DNA from: an uncultured Planctomycetaceae bacterium
Lineage (GTDB): Bacteria; Planctomycetota; Phycisphaerae; SM23-33
DNA length: 32,924 bases
NCBI GenBank assembly: GCA_964564965.1
Contig: CAZMDT010000001.1
Location: forward strand, 13,237-46,160
Direction of reading: 5' to 3'
A model generated the notes under the pieces. The model did no database searches. It had not been told where the DNA came from and saw only the letters and a program-made list of their open reading frames with translations. Position 1 is the stretch's first letter. Every line of letters starts with the position of its first letter. Positions 23,060 through 31,598 of this stretch are shown in pieces. Both the position numbers and the translations under genes were made by a program.

Positions 23060-23096
23060 GCCGCGACCGTGCCGACGGCCGGAAAGGGCCGTAACG

Positions 23097-24029
23097 ATGC
23101 ACAGACGAAACGCCTTTACGCTGATCGAACTCCTCGTGGTCATCGCCATCATCGCGCTGCTGCTGACGCTGCTGATGCCCTCGCTGGAGCGCGGGAAGGA
23201 GCTGGCGCGTCAGGCCGTCTGCCGGTCCAACCTCCACAACTTCGGCACCGTCGGCATCTTCTTCTCCGGCGAGCACGACGGCCTGCTGCCGATGGCGTAC
23301 CGCTGGAACCAGTGGGGGATGCGCCTGTACTCGGCGGTCCGCGTGCACCAGCAGGCCGGCGGGCAGGAGTGGTACCTGTACGGCAACTCCGAGCACTACC
23401 CCAACACCGTCGAGGAGTTCACGCGGGTCGGGCCGGCGAGGCAGAAGGACAAGTACTCCTGGTCGGAGCCGATCTGGCGGCGGTTCGGCACGACGCTGCG
23501 GACCTACCAGAAGTACGGGCTGGCCGACGGCATGATGGTCTGCCCCAGCGGGGCGGGCGACCGCATCCTGGACCAGACCGGCGGGGACGGCGGCGGGGCG
23601 ATGCCGGGCGAGACCGCCACTTCCGGCGGGGCCGCCTACGCCGGCTGGCGGCTCTACGCCTCGTACCTCGTGGTGTCGGGGCTGGAGGGCCGGGACCAGT
23701 ACGACCGCCCGGGGGGCATGCCCGGGGCCGACTGGCGATACCGCTGGAACGATCCGGCCTTCGGCGTGCCCGCGCCGGCGGTCGCCGCCGACGACGAGAA
23801 CGCCGCGGAGCGGCTGATGGCGTGCGACCGCGTGTACGTGCCGGGCTGGCGCGGGGGCCCGCCGGAGTGGAACCACGCGGGCCCCCACGACGACCGCCCC
23901 GGCTTCCAGGGGATGCTCTACGGCGACGGGCACGTTGGAGCCAACTCGGAGGGCTTCTACCGCGAGCCCGTCAGCGCCGACTTCGCCTCCGTGCTGGATT
24001 GCGACGAGGGCTTCACCTGGACCCGCTAG
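23097..24029 (+). CDS. Prepilin-type N-terminal cleavage/methylation domain protein (DUF1559-like), paralogue 3
   Basis: ORF 23010..24029, trimmed to ATG 23097 (MHRRNAFTLIELLVVIAIIALLLTLLMPSLERGKELARQAVCRSNLH). It has the C-terminal YGDGHV motif. Confidence 0.85.
   Translation: MHRRNAFTLIELLVVIAIIALLLTLLMPSLERGKELARQAVCRSNLHNFGTVGIFFSGEHDGLLPMAYRWNQWGMRLYSAVRVHQQAGGQEWYLYGNSEHYPNTVEEFTRVGPARQKDKYSWSEPIWRRFGTTLRTYQKYGLADGMMVCPSGAGDRILDQTGGDGGGAMPGETATSGGAAYAGWRLYASYLVVSGLEGRDQYDRPGGMPGADWRYRWNDPAFGVPAPAVAADDENAAERLMACDRVYVPGWRGGPPEWNHAGPHDDRPGFQGMLYGDGHVGANSEGFYREPVSADFASVLDCDEGFTWTR
23148..23186 (+). repeat. Second copy of the 39-nt identical segment (see 22178-22216)
   Basis: Direct comparison of the two gene starts. 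Confidence 0.8.
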
Positions 24030-24061
24030 CCCGGGCGCACCGTCGCAACAGGAGCCCGAGA

Positions 24062-25918
24062 ATGATCCGCCGCACGTCCGCTGTCCTGCTGGCCGGCATG
24101 CTCGCCTCGCTGCCCGCCGCGCCTGCTCACGCCGCCCCCGCCGGCGGCATCGTCTTCCCGCCGAAGGCGAACGTCATCGACGTCACGAAGCCGCCCTACA
24201 ACGCCGACCCCACCGGCAAGGCGGACGCCACGGCCGCCATCAACCGGGCCATCGCGGACAGCGAGAAGGCCCGCAAGGGCTGGGCCAACCAGGTCGTCTA
24301 CCTTCCCGACGGCACGTATCTCGTGACGGACACGATCCGGTGGAAGGCCCCGCCGCACACCATCGGCCCGCACATGGTCGGGCAGAGCCGGGAGGGGACG
24401 GTCATCCGCCTTGCCGACGGCACCTGGCCGAAGGGCGAGGAGAACAAGCCCGTGCTGCATACCGGGCGGGGCGTGGCGCAGAACTTCAACCGAGGGCTCT
24501 CCAACCTGACGGTGAACACCGGCAGCAACAACGCCGGCGCGTGCGGCGTGTACTGGTACGGCAACAACCAGGCGCTCATGTCGGACGTGGACATCGTCTC
24601 GGAGGACGGCCGGGGGCGGGTCGGGCTGGACCTGGGGCACTGGCAGCGGGGCGGCGGCGAACAGGGGCCTTGCATGGTGCGGCGCGTCCGCATCCGCGGC
24701 TTCGATGTCGGTGTGACCTCCAACGCCCTCAACGCCGTCACCTTCCTGAAGCTGCACCTGGAGGGGCAGCGGGCCCTCGGCATCCTGAACGACAACCACC
24801 CGATCTATCTGGACGCCCTCACCAGCCGAAACCGCGTCCCCGCCCTGCGCTCGGAGGGCGGCTTCGTCGTCCTCACCGACGCCACGCTCACCGGCGGCGA
24901 CGCCGGCCGCGCCGCCATCGAAAAGCACAAGTGGGGCGCGATCTTCGTGCGGAACACCACGGTGGGCGGCTACGGCAAGGCCGTCGTCACCGACCATGGC
25001 GTGGAGCACGCCGCCGGCAAGGTCGAGGAGTTCCTCGACCGCGAGCCGGTGAGCCTGTTCGGCGAGGCCCGCCGGTCGCTCAACCTGCCCGTGAAGTACC
25101 CCCCCGAGCCGCCGTGGGAGACGGACCCGCGCAAGTGGGCGACGCCCGATGAGTACCGCCGGGCGGGCATGAGCGACGCCGCGGCCCTTCAGGCGGCGAT
25201 CGACGACGCGAAGATCACGACGATCGTCCTGCCGCGCGGCCGCAACTACGTCCTCGACGAACCGGTCCGCGTGCGCGGCACCGTCGGCCGAATCATCTCC
25301 ACCGGCGGTACGCTCAACGGCAAGGGAGCCATCATCATCGCCGACGGCCAGGCGCCGGTGGTCAAGCTCGAGAAGCTGTCGATGGGCAGCATGGACCGCC
25401 CCTTCCCCCACGTCGAGCAGGCCTCCGCCCGGACCGTCGTCTGCGAGTCGATCCTGCTGGGGACCATGCGCGTGGCGGGGCCGGGCGACGTCTTCCTGAC
25501 CGACGTGGTGCATCACCTGCTCGTGGACCATCCGACCGCCCACGTCTGGGCGTGGCATTTCGACGCCGAGGGCAGCCGCGACGACAACCTGATCGTCCGC
25601 GACGGCACGGTGCGGATCTTCGGGTGGAAGGACGAGGGGATGGGCCAGCCGCTGCACTGCCACGGCGGCGCGACGGAGATTCTGGGCTTCCTGGAGTATT
25701 CGGCGGCGCGGGCGAAGGGCGAGGCGGCGCTGGTGACCATCACGGGGGAGGCGCGGGTGTCGGTGGCGTGCCTGAGCCAGACGAACTTCGCCCGCCCGCC
25801 GGCGCACTACCGCGTGCTGGTGCGGGAGACTCGCGGCGGCGTGGAGCGGACGCTGACGGCGGACAAGAATGCGATGGGGGCTCACGTGGCGCTGTTCGTG
25901 GCCCGGCCGCCGCAGTGA
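24062..25918 (+). CDS. Secreted right-handed beta-helix glycosidase, pectate-lyase-superfamily / GH55-like (two tandem beta-helix halves)
   Basis: ORF 23069..25918, trimmed to ATG 24062 (MIRRTSAVLLAGMLASLPAAPAHAAP, a signal peptide). The N-terminal motif is YNADPTGKADATAAINRAIADS...VVYLPDGTYLV. A second copy of the same start pattern lies mid-protein (MSDAAALQAAIDDAKITTIVLPRGRNYVL), as in two-domain GH55 enzymes. The exact specificity is unknown. Confidence 0.6.
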   Translation: MIRRTSAVLLAGMLASLPAAPAHAAPAGGIVFPPKANVIDVTKPPYNADPTGKADATAAINRAIADSEKARKGWANQVVYLPDGTYLVTDTIRWKAPPHTIGPHMVGQSREGTVIRLADGTWPKGEENKPVLHTGRGVAQNFNRGLSNLTVNTGSNNAGACGVYWYGNNQALMSDVDIVSEDGRGRVGLDLGHWQRGGGEQGPCMVRRVRIRGFDVGVTSNALNAVTFLKLHLEGQRALGILNDNHPIYLDALTSRNRVPALRSEGGFVVLTDATLTGGDAGRAAIEKHKWGAIFVRNTTVGGYGKAVVTDHGVEHAAGKVEEFLDREPVSLFGEARRSLNLPVKYPPEPPWETDPRKWATPDEYRRAGMSDAAALQAAIDDAKITTIVLPRGRNYVLDEPVRVRGTVGRIISTGGTLNGKGAIIIADGQAPVVKLEKLSMGSMDRPFPHVEQASARTVVCESILLGTMRVAGPGDVFLTDVVHHLLVDHPTAHVWAWHFDAEGSRDDNLIVRDGTVRIFGWKDEGMGQPLHCHGGATEILGFLEYSAARAKGEAALVTITGEARVSVACLSQTNFARPPAHYRVLVRETRGGVERTLTADKNAMGAHVALFVARPPQ

Positions 25919-25930
25919 CCAGGTGGCGGC

Positions 25931-26722
25931 TCAGCGGTTGTCTTCGCGGCGGTCTTCGCGGCCGTCGGCGTCCGCGGCGTCGCCACCCGCCTTCCCGTCC
26001 GGATGGCAGCGGGCGCACGGCGGGCGGGCGCCCTTGCCCACGAACAGCAGCGGAAAGACGATGTCGCTCGTGCAGCACGGCAGCAGGACCGCGAGAAACA
26101 GAAACACGCCGAGCTGCGCCGCCAGCAGCGGCGTCAGTTGATCGCGCACGGCCATCATCATGTGAAACAGCGACGCCGCCGTGCTCATCAGCACGTGCCC
26201 GGCGTGCGGGAACGTCGTCACCGGCCAGACCATCGCCAGCGCCACCCCGCCGATCGCCGCGGGAAACACCAGGTACCACTCCTCGATGAACCCCGCGTGC
26301 ACGTGCGCGGCGGGCAGGTGGTGCAGCACCTCGCCGAGGTACGGGATCAGGCTGTCGCTGACCGTGGCGATGCCGATGGAGCCGACCATGCCGATCAGCA
26401 GCGTCGCCCACCAGCGCCCCCGCGCGAGCCGGCGGTACAGCGCCGCCGTCACCATCGCGCTGAGGAAGACGTGCCCGGGATGGAAGATGGCGAACAGCAC
26501 CCCCGCGAGGCCGTGGAGGCCGGCCTCGTGCTCGTGGCCGGCGGGCTCCTCGTGGTCGGCGGCGCCGGGACGCACCGGTTGGGTGGCGCCCTCGTGCGGC
26601 GCGTGCGCGGCGTGCGGGCCCTGAAGGTGCAGCATCAGCATCATCACCGCGATGCCGATGATCGTCCCGGCCAGCGTGAACGGCGCGTGGTGCCTCAGCT
26701 CGTGGAGGATGCGCCTCAGCAT
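25931..26722 (-). CDS. His/Cys-rich polytopic membrane protein, putative metal-ion transporter
   Basis: ORF 25931..27013, trimmed to ATG 26722, which is preceded by GGAGG with a 5-6-nt spacer. It has about 6 TM helices, a His-rich loop (HLQGPHAAHAPHEG...DHEEPAGHEHEAGLH), intramembrane His residues and a C-terminal CARCH motif. The family was not identified with certainty. Confidence 0.55.
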   Translation of the reverse strand: MLRRILHELRHHAPFTLAGTIIGIAVMMLMLHLQGPHAAHAPHEGATQPVRPGAADHEEPAGHEHEAGLHGLAGVLFAIFHPGHVFLSAMVTAALYRRLARGRWWATLLIGMVGSIGIATVSDSLIPYLGEVLHHLPAAHVHAGFIEEWYLVFPAAIGGVALAMVWPVTTFPHAGHVLMSTAASLFHMMMAVRDQLTPLLAAQLGVFLFLAVLLPCCTSDIVFPLLFVGKGARPPCARCHPDGKAGGDAADADGREDRREDNR

Positions 26723-27006
26723 GCCGACCTCCTCTGCCGCCGCCCGCCCGGGCCGCGATGGCACACCAGGTGGACCTCGTGGCACTTCGGGCACTCCCGG
26801 GCCGGGTGGCTCGCCGAGAACCGCGACCAGTGCTCCCACTGCTTCGGCGACAGCCGGCCCGTGCCGCGGCACAGCGGGCACGTCTGCCCCAGCGCCGACA
26901 GGATCGCCTCGCGGATGAACTCGGAGCGGTTGGGGACGCCGCGCATGGCCGCCACCAGCGCCGGGGAGGCCTTGAAGGTGATCATCTCGCTGTTCTGCCC
27001 AGGCAT
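26716..27006 (-). CDS. Ribbon-helix-helix (CopG/NikR-like) regulator fused to a 4-Cys zinc ribbon
   Basis: ORF 26716..27006. ATG 27006 is preceded by GGGAGGTG. The RHH signature is ITFKASPALVAAMRGVPNRSEFIREAILSAL. It is followed by CPLCRGTG...CPKCHEVHLVC. The stop overlaps the downstream membrane-protein start by 7 nt. Confidence 0.65.
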   Translation of the reverse strand: MPGQNSEMITFKASPALVAAMRGVPNRSEFIREAILSALGQTCPLCRGTGRLSPKQWEHWSRFSASHPARECPKCHEVHLVCHRGPGGRRQRRSAC

Positions 27007-27024
27007 TGGCCACCTCCCGCGCGC

Positions 27025-27053
27025 ATTGTATTACGACGTATCACCACGAGCAA
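27025..27053 (-). promoter_or_regulatory. sigma70-like promoter of the RHH regulator / metal membrane protein pair, with a palindrome in the spacer
   Basis: Minus strand reads TTGCTC (27053-27048), a 17-nt spacer, then TACAAT (27030-27025). The spacer contains TACG-A-CGTA (27032-27040), a candidate RHH operator half-site pair. Confidence 0.4.
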
Positions 27054-27116
27054 GGGGATTCTGCCGGCGTCCGGCCCCGGGCGGGGGGGCCCGGCGCGCC
27101 GCGGGGCGGGGGGGGG

Positions 27117-27881
27117 TCATCGCGGGGCGGCGAGGCGCTCGGCGAGGGCGGCGTTGCCGAGGAGCCTGGCGAGGTCGGCGGGGGTGCGGCGTGCGGCGTC
27201 CGCAGCCCCCCGCGAGGCCCCATGGGCCAGCAGCCAGTCCACCATGGCCGGGTCGCCGGCGCGGACGGCGGCGTGCAGCGGCGTGCTGCCGTGCCGGTCC
27301 GGTCGCGACACGTCGGCCCCGCCGGCCAGCAGCGCCTCGGCGGGGGCCGGGTCGCCCGATTCCGCCGCCACGTGCATCGGCGTCCGCCCACGCGCGTCGG
27401 GCCGGTTCGCCTCGGCGCCCTTGGCCAGCAGCAGGCGGACCATGTCGGCATCGCGCCGGCTGGCGGCCCAATGCAGGGCGGTCCAGCCGGTTTCGGCGTC
27501 GCCGCGGTTGAGGTCGGCCCCGTGGCGGGCGAGCAGCTCGACGGCGTCGAGCGCGCCGCTCATGGCGGCGTCGTGGACCATGACGAAGCCCACCTCGTCC
27601 GGGGCGTCGGGGTCGGCGCCCTTGGCGAGGGCCGCACTGATGGTGGCGCAAAGCTCCGATTGCCCGGCCGCGGCGCCTTCGGCGGCGGGCGCGGCGGGAG
27701 GCGGCCCCGTTCGGTCCGAAGCCCGGGCATCAGGGACGGGCCGCGTGGCCGGCGCTTCGTCCGGACGGTCACTGGAGCGATCGGGCTCGTCCTTGCCGCA
27801 GCCCGCCGCCAGCAGGCACGCCACGAGCGGCACGGCGATCAGGAAACGTCGCATGGGGTTCTCCGTGGTGCGTGGGGTCAT
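27117..27881 (-). CDS. Ankyrin-repeat lipoprotein
   Basis: ORF 27117..28574, trimmed to ATG 27881, which overlaps the upstream stop in an ATGA arrangement. An alternative ATG lies at 27854. The N-terminus ..MRRFLIAVPLVACLLAAGCGKD has a lipobox. It has at least four ankyrin repeats, for example GWTALHWAASRRDADMVRLLLAKGAEANRPDARGRTPMHVAAESGDPAPAEALLAGGADVSRPDRHGSTPLHAAVRAGDPAMVDWLLAHGA. Confidence 0.85.
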   Translation of the reverse strand: MTPRTTENPMRRFLIAVPLVACLLAAGCGKDEPDRSSDRPDEAPATRPVPDARASDRTGPPPAAPAAEGAAAGQSELCATISAALAKGADPDAPDEVGFVMVHDAAMSGALDAVELLARHGADLNRGDAETGWTALHWAASRRDADMVRLLLAKGAEANRPDARGRTPMHVAAESGDPAPAEALLAGGADVSRPDRHGSTPLHAAVRAGDPAMVDWLLAHGASRGAADAARRTPADLARLLGNAALAERLAAPR

Positions 27882-30800
27882 CGGCCCAGCCCCTTGCCGT
27901 AGCTGGCGATCATGTCGCGGAGGTCCAGGACCACCTCGGGAATATCCTTCCCGCCGGTGAGCAGCCGCACCTGTTCGTTGGCGACGCCCGGCTGCGCGGG
28001 GGCCCGCTCCAGGGCCGCGGCGATCTGCTTCCAGTGCCGGTGATAGCGGGCGAACCGGGCGCCCGCCTGCGGGGATCGCTTGGCGGCCTCCTCGATCAGC
28101 GGGAGCAGCTTGGTGTTGATGTCCTTGGCCATGCCTCGGGCGGATTCGACCATGCGGCTGACGTGCAGCAGGTCGGGGTTGTGCATCATCTCGGCGACCT
28201 TGTAGGCGGTGACGTCGCCGGCCTGCCCGGCCTTCCTGCTCGCCAGTTGCCCGATGTTCACGTGCCGGATCTTCTCCGTGCCGAGCCAGGCGAGGTCGGT
28301 ATAGATTTCCGGGTGGGCGCTGGTGGTGAGGGTCTCGAAAGACCGTCGTGCGCTCCGGCCGGTGACGGCCTGGTAGGCGGCTTCCCAGGCCGCCTGGGCC
28401 TCGGCCTGGAGCTGCACCTGGCTGACGCGCAGGCCGTCCTTCGTGAAGGGGATTTCCGTGAGCAGGCGGCTTTTCTCCGTGGCCGAGTCGAGGTAGCGGC
28501 GCATCAGACCGATGTCGTAGTCCATGCCGACGGTGCCGGCGCTCGAGGCGTTGCGGAACTCCCGCATGACCCATTGGCTCGCCTCATCGTAGCCGCGCTC
28601 GTTCATCAACTGGCGGAAGCGGGCCTGCACCTGCTCGTGCACCTGGCCGAGGCGCTGGTTGTAGTCGGCGATCAGCTCGGCGTATTTCGGGTCGCGGGCG
28701 GCCGACTTCAGGATCAGCTTGCCCTCGTACGTGGAGTGCAGCATCGTGGCCTTGTCGCGGAGGGCGCGCTCCATAGCCTGAATCTCGGCGCCGCTGGCGC
28801 CGAACTCCATCGCCCGCTGGTACTCCTTGTAGGCCCGGTGATAGTCGTCCACCAGGTGCTTGCTGTCCTCCAGGGCGATGCGGTAGCGGGCCTCCTCAAA
28901 CGCCTTCTTCACGTCCGGCTTGCTGCCCGCCGGCGGATGTTCCGCCGCGAACAGCTTCCCCACCCCGTACTCCAGCCCCTTCAGGGCCACGAACGTCGTC
29001 GCCCCACGCTCCAGCGCGCCCACCCAGCCCTTCTGCCCGCTGAGCCAGCCGCCCTTCTCGTAGCCCTCCATGGCCTGCGCCGCCGCCATCCCGGCCACGT
29101 TCGTCCACATCAGCGCATGCTTCGTGCCCTCGTACAGACGGTTGCCGAGCCCGCCCTCGGCGCCGGCGAAGCCGACGCACCCCTCGAAGACGGGCATCAC
29201 CCAGCCGCTGGCCCCCATCGTGGCCACGAACATCTCCGCCTCGGCCACCGTCTTGACGAGCTGGGCGTACCGCAGGTTCTGCTCGGCGTCCAGGGCCTTC
29301 TCCGTCTCGGTGGCCGAGACGTTCTCCCAGTGGCCCTGGACCTTCTCGAAGACGACGTGGGCGATCTTCCGCATCTTTCTGACGTCGCCCCAGGTGTGCG
29401 CGTCCTTCATGTGGTGCCCGACGAAGGCCGCCAGCTTCTCGCGCTCGTCTCGCGGGGCCAGGCGCGTCAGCCGCTGAACGCCCGGGGCATAGCGGCGAAT
29501 CTGCGAGTCGGGGTCCATGCGGTCGCGGACCTGCTGCACGAAGCGGGCGGCGTACCATTCGTCGATCGGCGTGCGGGTGTGGACGATCTCGCCGGTCTGA
29601 AGCTCGCGAATGCGGTCCATCTCGGCGAAGCGCGTGTGCTGGGCGTGCAGCAGCGTGTGGAGCAGGCGCTCGCGGGTGGCCAGGTTCTTCGCGGCGGCCA
29701 GCTCGTTGCGCCACTTGGCGATGTTGGCCTCGCAGATCCGGATGTTGGCCTCGTGGAAGGCGGCCATCTCCTGCCGGGCCTTGGCGTCCTCGGCGGCGCG
29801 GGCGGCGTCCTGCGGGGCGGGGGGCCTGGCGGGCGTGCCGTAGCGGTCCGCCTGGGCGGACAGGTCCAGCGGCACCACCGTGCCGCCCACCGGGTCGAAC
29901 GTGAACTCCCACGTCAGCTTGAGCTGGGCGGCGTTCTCGACGGCGTCCTCGCTGCCGGGCTTCCGGCCGGGCATGGGGGCCTCGTTGTTCATGCGCTGCT
30001 TCACGGTCAGCGCGGCCACGATCTTCCAGCCCTCGCCGGGCTTCCTGTTGTCCCAGGCCGGGTCCCCCTTGCCGTGGGCGCGCTCGTACACCACGCGCCA
30101 CCAGCCCGGGTCGAAGCGGAACTGAATCTGGGCGGCCGCCTCGAAGCGGGGCGTCTGGGCCAGGTACACCCTGCGCTTGACGGCGAAGTTCTCATACCCG
30201 CCGTAGGCGCCGCAGGGCTTGCCGTCGGGGGCGTAGAGGACCGCGCTGAACCCGTGCTCGATGATGCGCCCGCCGTGGGGCGTCTCCTTCTTCGGGTCGT
30301 CGTTGCCCAGGAAGGGCTTGCCGTCGCGCTGGTCGAGGTCCTCGATGAAGAACGGAATGTGCAGGAAGGTGGACTTCGACACGCGCGGGTCGGGCACGTA
30401 GGTGACCCCCGGCGGAACCTGGGCCCACACCAGGCGGATGCGGCTCTGCATGAAGCCGTTGCGCGTCACCGGCTTCCGGACGGTCTTGAAGCGCACCACG
30501 CCGTCAGGGTCCCGGTCCATGCCGGCGTCCACGCTGATGGTGTACGTGTGCCGCCACAGGCAGCGAAGGTCGCTGGTGACCGAGGTGCCGTCCTCGACCG
30601 GCTTCCAGCTCCACGTATCGGCCCAGGCGTCGTTGCCGGATTCCACCAGGAACCGGCCGACGTGGGGCTTGGCGATCCATTCCACTTTGTGCCCGGTGAG
30701 CACCCACGCCGGGCCGGAGGGCTTCTCGAGCGCTCTGATCGACTCCTCGTGCTGCTGCCGGCGCCTGGCGCGGCAGCGGGTGGGGTCGGGCGGATCGCCC

Positions 30801-31297
30801 AGTTCCCTGATCCGCTCGCCCGCCGCGGCCATGCGGCCCAGGAGGTGGCCGAGTTGCTGCTTCTTCACCCACGCCACGGACAGCGCCTCCTCCGCGCTGA
30901 CGGCGTCCTGAATCGCCTGATACGCCAGCGCCTCGCGGTAGGCGGCATCGAACTGCGGCGCGACGATGGACGCCTGACCGCGCGTGGCCAGGAACTCCTC
31001 CACCGGCGGCAGCAAGGCGTTGAGGTAGCTCACCAGTCCGGGACAGGGGTAGCTGTAGGCCGGGGCCCAGGCCTTGTCGATCGCCGCCTCCTGCTCCGCC
31101 GTCAGCGGCGCGTAGACGAGCTTCACGCCCTGGTGGGCCGTGCTCACCGCCTCGCGGTAGCGGACCGGGTCGAGCGAGGACACGTCGGGCCAGCCGTCGG
31201 CAGCGGCGCCCGTCGGCTCCGCCCCCCCCTGGCCCCACGCCGCCGCCGTCGCCAGAGCGATGCACAACGCCACGCATGCCAGGGGGCCGTGTTTCAT
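27878..31297 (-). CDS. Large (1139 aa) secreted protein of unknown function
   Basis: ORF 27878..31411, trimmed to ATG 31297 (MKHGPLACVALCIALATAAAWGQ, a signal peptide), which is preceded by AAGGAGA. Codon usage is consistent with neighbouring genes and G+C is high at third positions. I recognise no catalytic or family motif. A beta-rich middle is followed by a long helical, charged C-terminal half with one Gly/Ala-rich hydrophobic core. Confidence 0.75.
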   Translation of the reverse strand: MKHGPLACVALCIALATAAAWGQGGAEPTGAAADGWPDVSSLDPVRYREAVSTAHQGVKLVYAPLTAEQEAAIDKAWAPAYSYPCPGLVSYLNALLPPVEEFLATRGQASIVAPQFDAAYREALAYQAIQDAVSAEEALSVAWVKKQQLGHLLGRMAAAGERIRELGDPPDPTRCRARRRQQHEESIRALEKPSGPAWVLTGHKVEWIAKPHVGRFLVESGNDAWADTWSWKPVEDGTSVTSDLRCLWRHTYTISVDAGMDRDPDGVVRFKTVRKPVTRNGFMQSRIRLVWAQVPPGVTYVPDPRVSKSTFLHIPFFIEDLDQRDGKPFLGNDDPKKETPHGGRIIEHGFSAVLYAPDGKPCGAYGGYENFAVKRRVYLAQTPRFEAAAQIQFRFDPGWWRVVYERAHGKGDPAWDNRKPGEGWKIVAALTVKQRMNNEAPMPGRKPGSEDAVENAAQLKLTWEFTFDPVGGTVVPLDLSAQADRYGTPARPPAPQDAARAAEDAKARQEMAAFHEANIRICEANIAKWRNELAAAKNLATRERLLHTLLHAQHTRFAEMDRIRELQTGEIVHTRTPIDEWYAARFVQQVRDRMDPDSQIRRYAPGVQRLTRLAPRDEREKLAAFVGHHMKDAHTWGDVRKMRKIAHVVFEKVQGHWENVSATETEKALDAEQNLRYAQLVKTVAEAEMFVATMGASGWVMPVFEGCVGFAGAEGGLGNRLYEGTKHALMWTNVAGMAAAQAMEGYEKGGWLSGQKGWVGALERGATTFVALKGLEYGVGKLFAAEHPPAGSKPDVKKAFEEARYRIALEDSKHLVDDYHRAYKEYQRAMEFGASGAEIQAMERALRDKATMLHSTYEGKLILKSAARDPKYAELIADYNQRLGQVHEQVQARFRQLMNERGYDEASQWVMREFRNASSAGTVGMDYDIGLMRRYLDSATEKSRLLTEIPFTKDGLRVSQVQLQAEAQAAWEAAYQAVTGRSARRSFETLTTSAHPEIYTDLAWLGTEKIRHVNIGQLASRKAGQAGDVTAYKVAEMMHNPDLLHVSRMVESARGMAKDINTKLLPLIEEAAKRSPQAGARFARYHRHWKQIAAALERAPAQPGVANEQVRLLTGGKDIPEVVLDLRDMIASYGKGLGR

Positions 31298-31383
31298 GAG
31301 CGATCTCCTTCGGGCCGCGGCGCCAGGGGCGGCTCCGGCGGGCTGGCTCGCCCGGACGGGCTCCGCGGCGGTCCGCCAAGATG

Positions 31384-31411
31384 ATTGTACCCTCCGCCCC
31401 GCACGCGGCAA
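31384..31411 (-). promoter_or_regulatory. sigma70-like promoter of the large-secreted-protein / ankyrin lipoprotein pair
   Basis: Minus strand reads TTGCCG (31411-31406), a 16-nt spacer, then TACAAT (31389-31384). It lies about 85 nt upstream of ATG 31297. The hexamers and spacing are the same as the promoter at 18862-18889. Confidence 0.4.
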
Positions 31412-31514
31412 TACCGCCGCCCGCGCTGGCCTCCTCCGCCCCGGTTGCCGAAGGGGCGACGGGGCTGCGGGGGGGTGCTCGACGCGCGCCGGCCGCCCGG
31501 ACGTCTGAGGACAG

Positions 31515-31542
31515 TTGAGATCGCCAACGCACGTGGTAGGAT
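31515..31542 (+). promoter_or_regulatory. Candidate sigma70-like promoter of the beta-propeller/PKD gene
   Basis: TTGAGA (31515-31520), a 16-nt spacer, then TAGGAT (31537-31542). It lies about 55 nt upstream of GTG 31599. Confidence 0.3.
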
Positions 31543-31598
31543 CGTCTCCCGATGCTGCCCGCCGGGGGCGGCAGGTCGCTCCGCGCAGGAGATGCCCA

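Noticed and set aside
27872-31384. 1170-aa plus-strand ORF opposite the large secreted protein gene
   Set aside because: This is a shadow ORF with the same low-complexity composition. The minus-strand frame has a signal peptide, an RBS, a promoter and protein-like composition.
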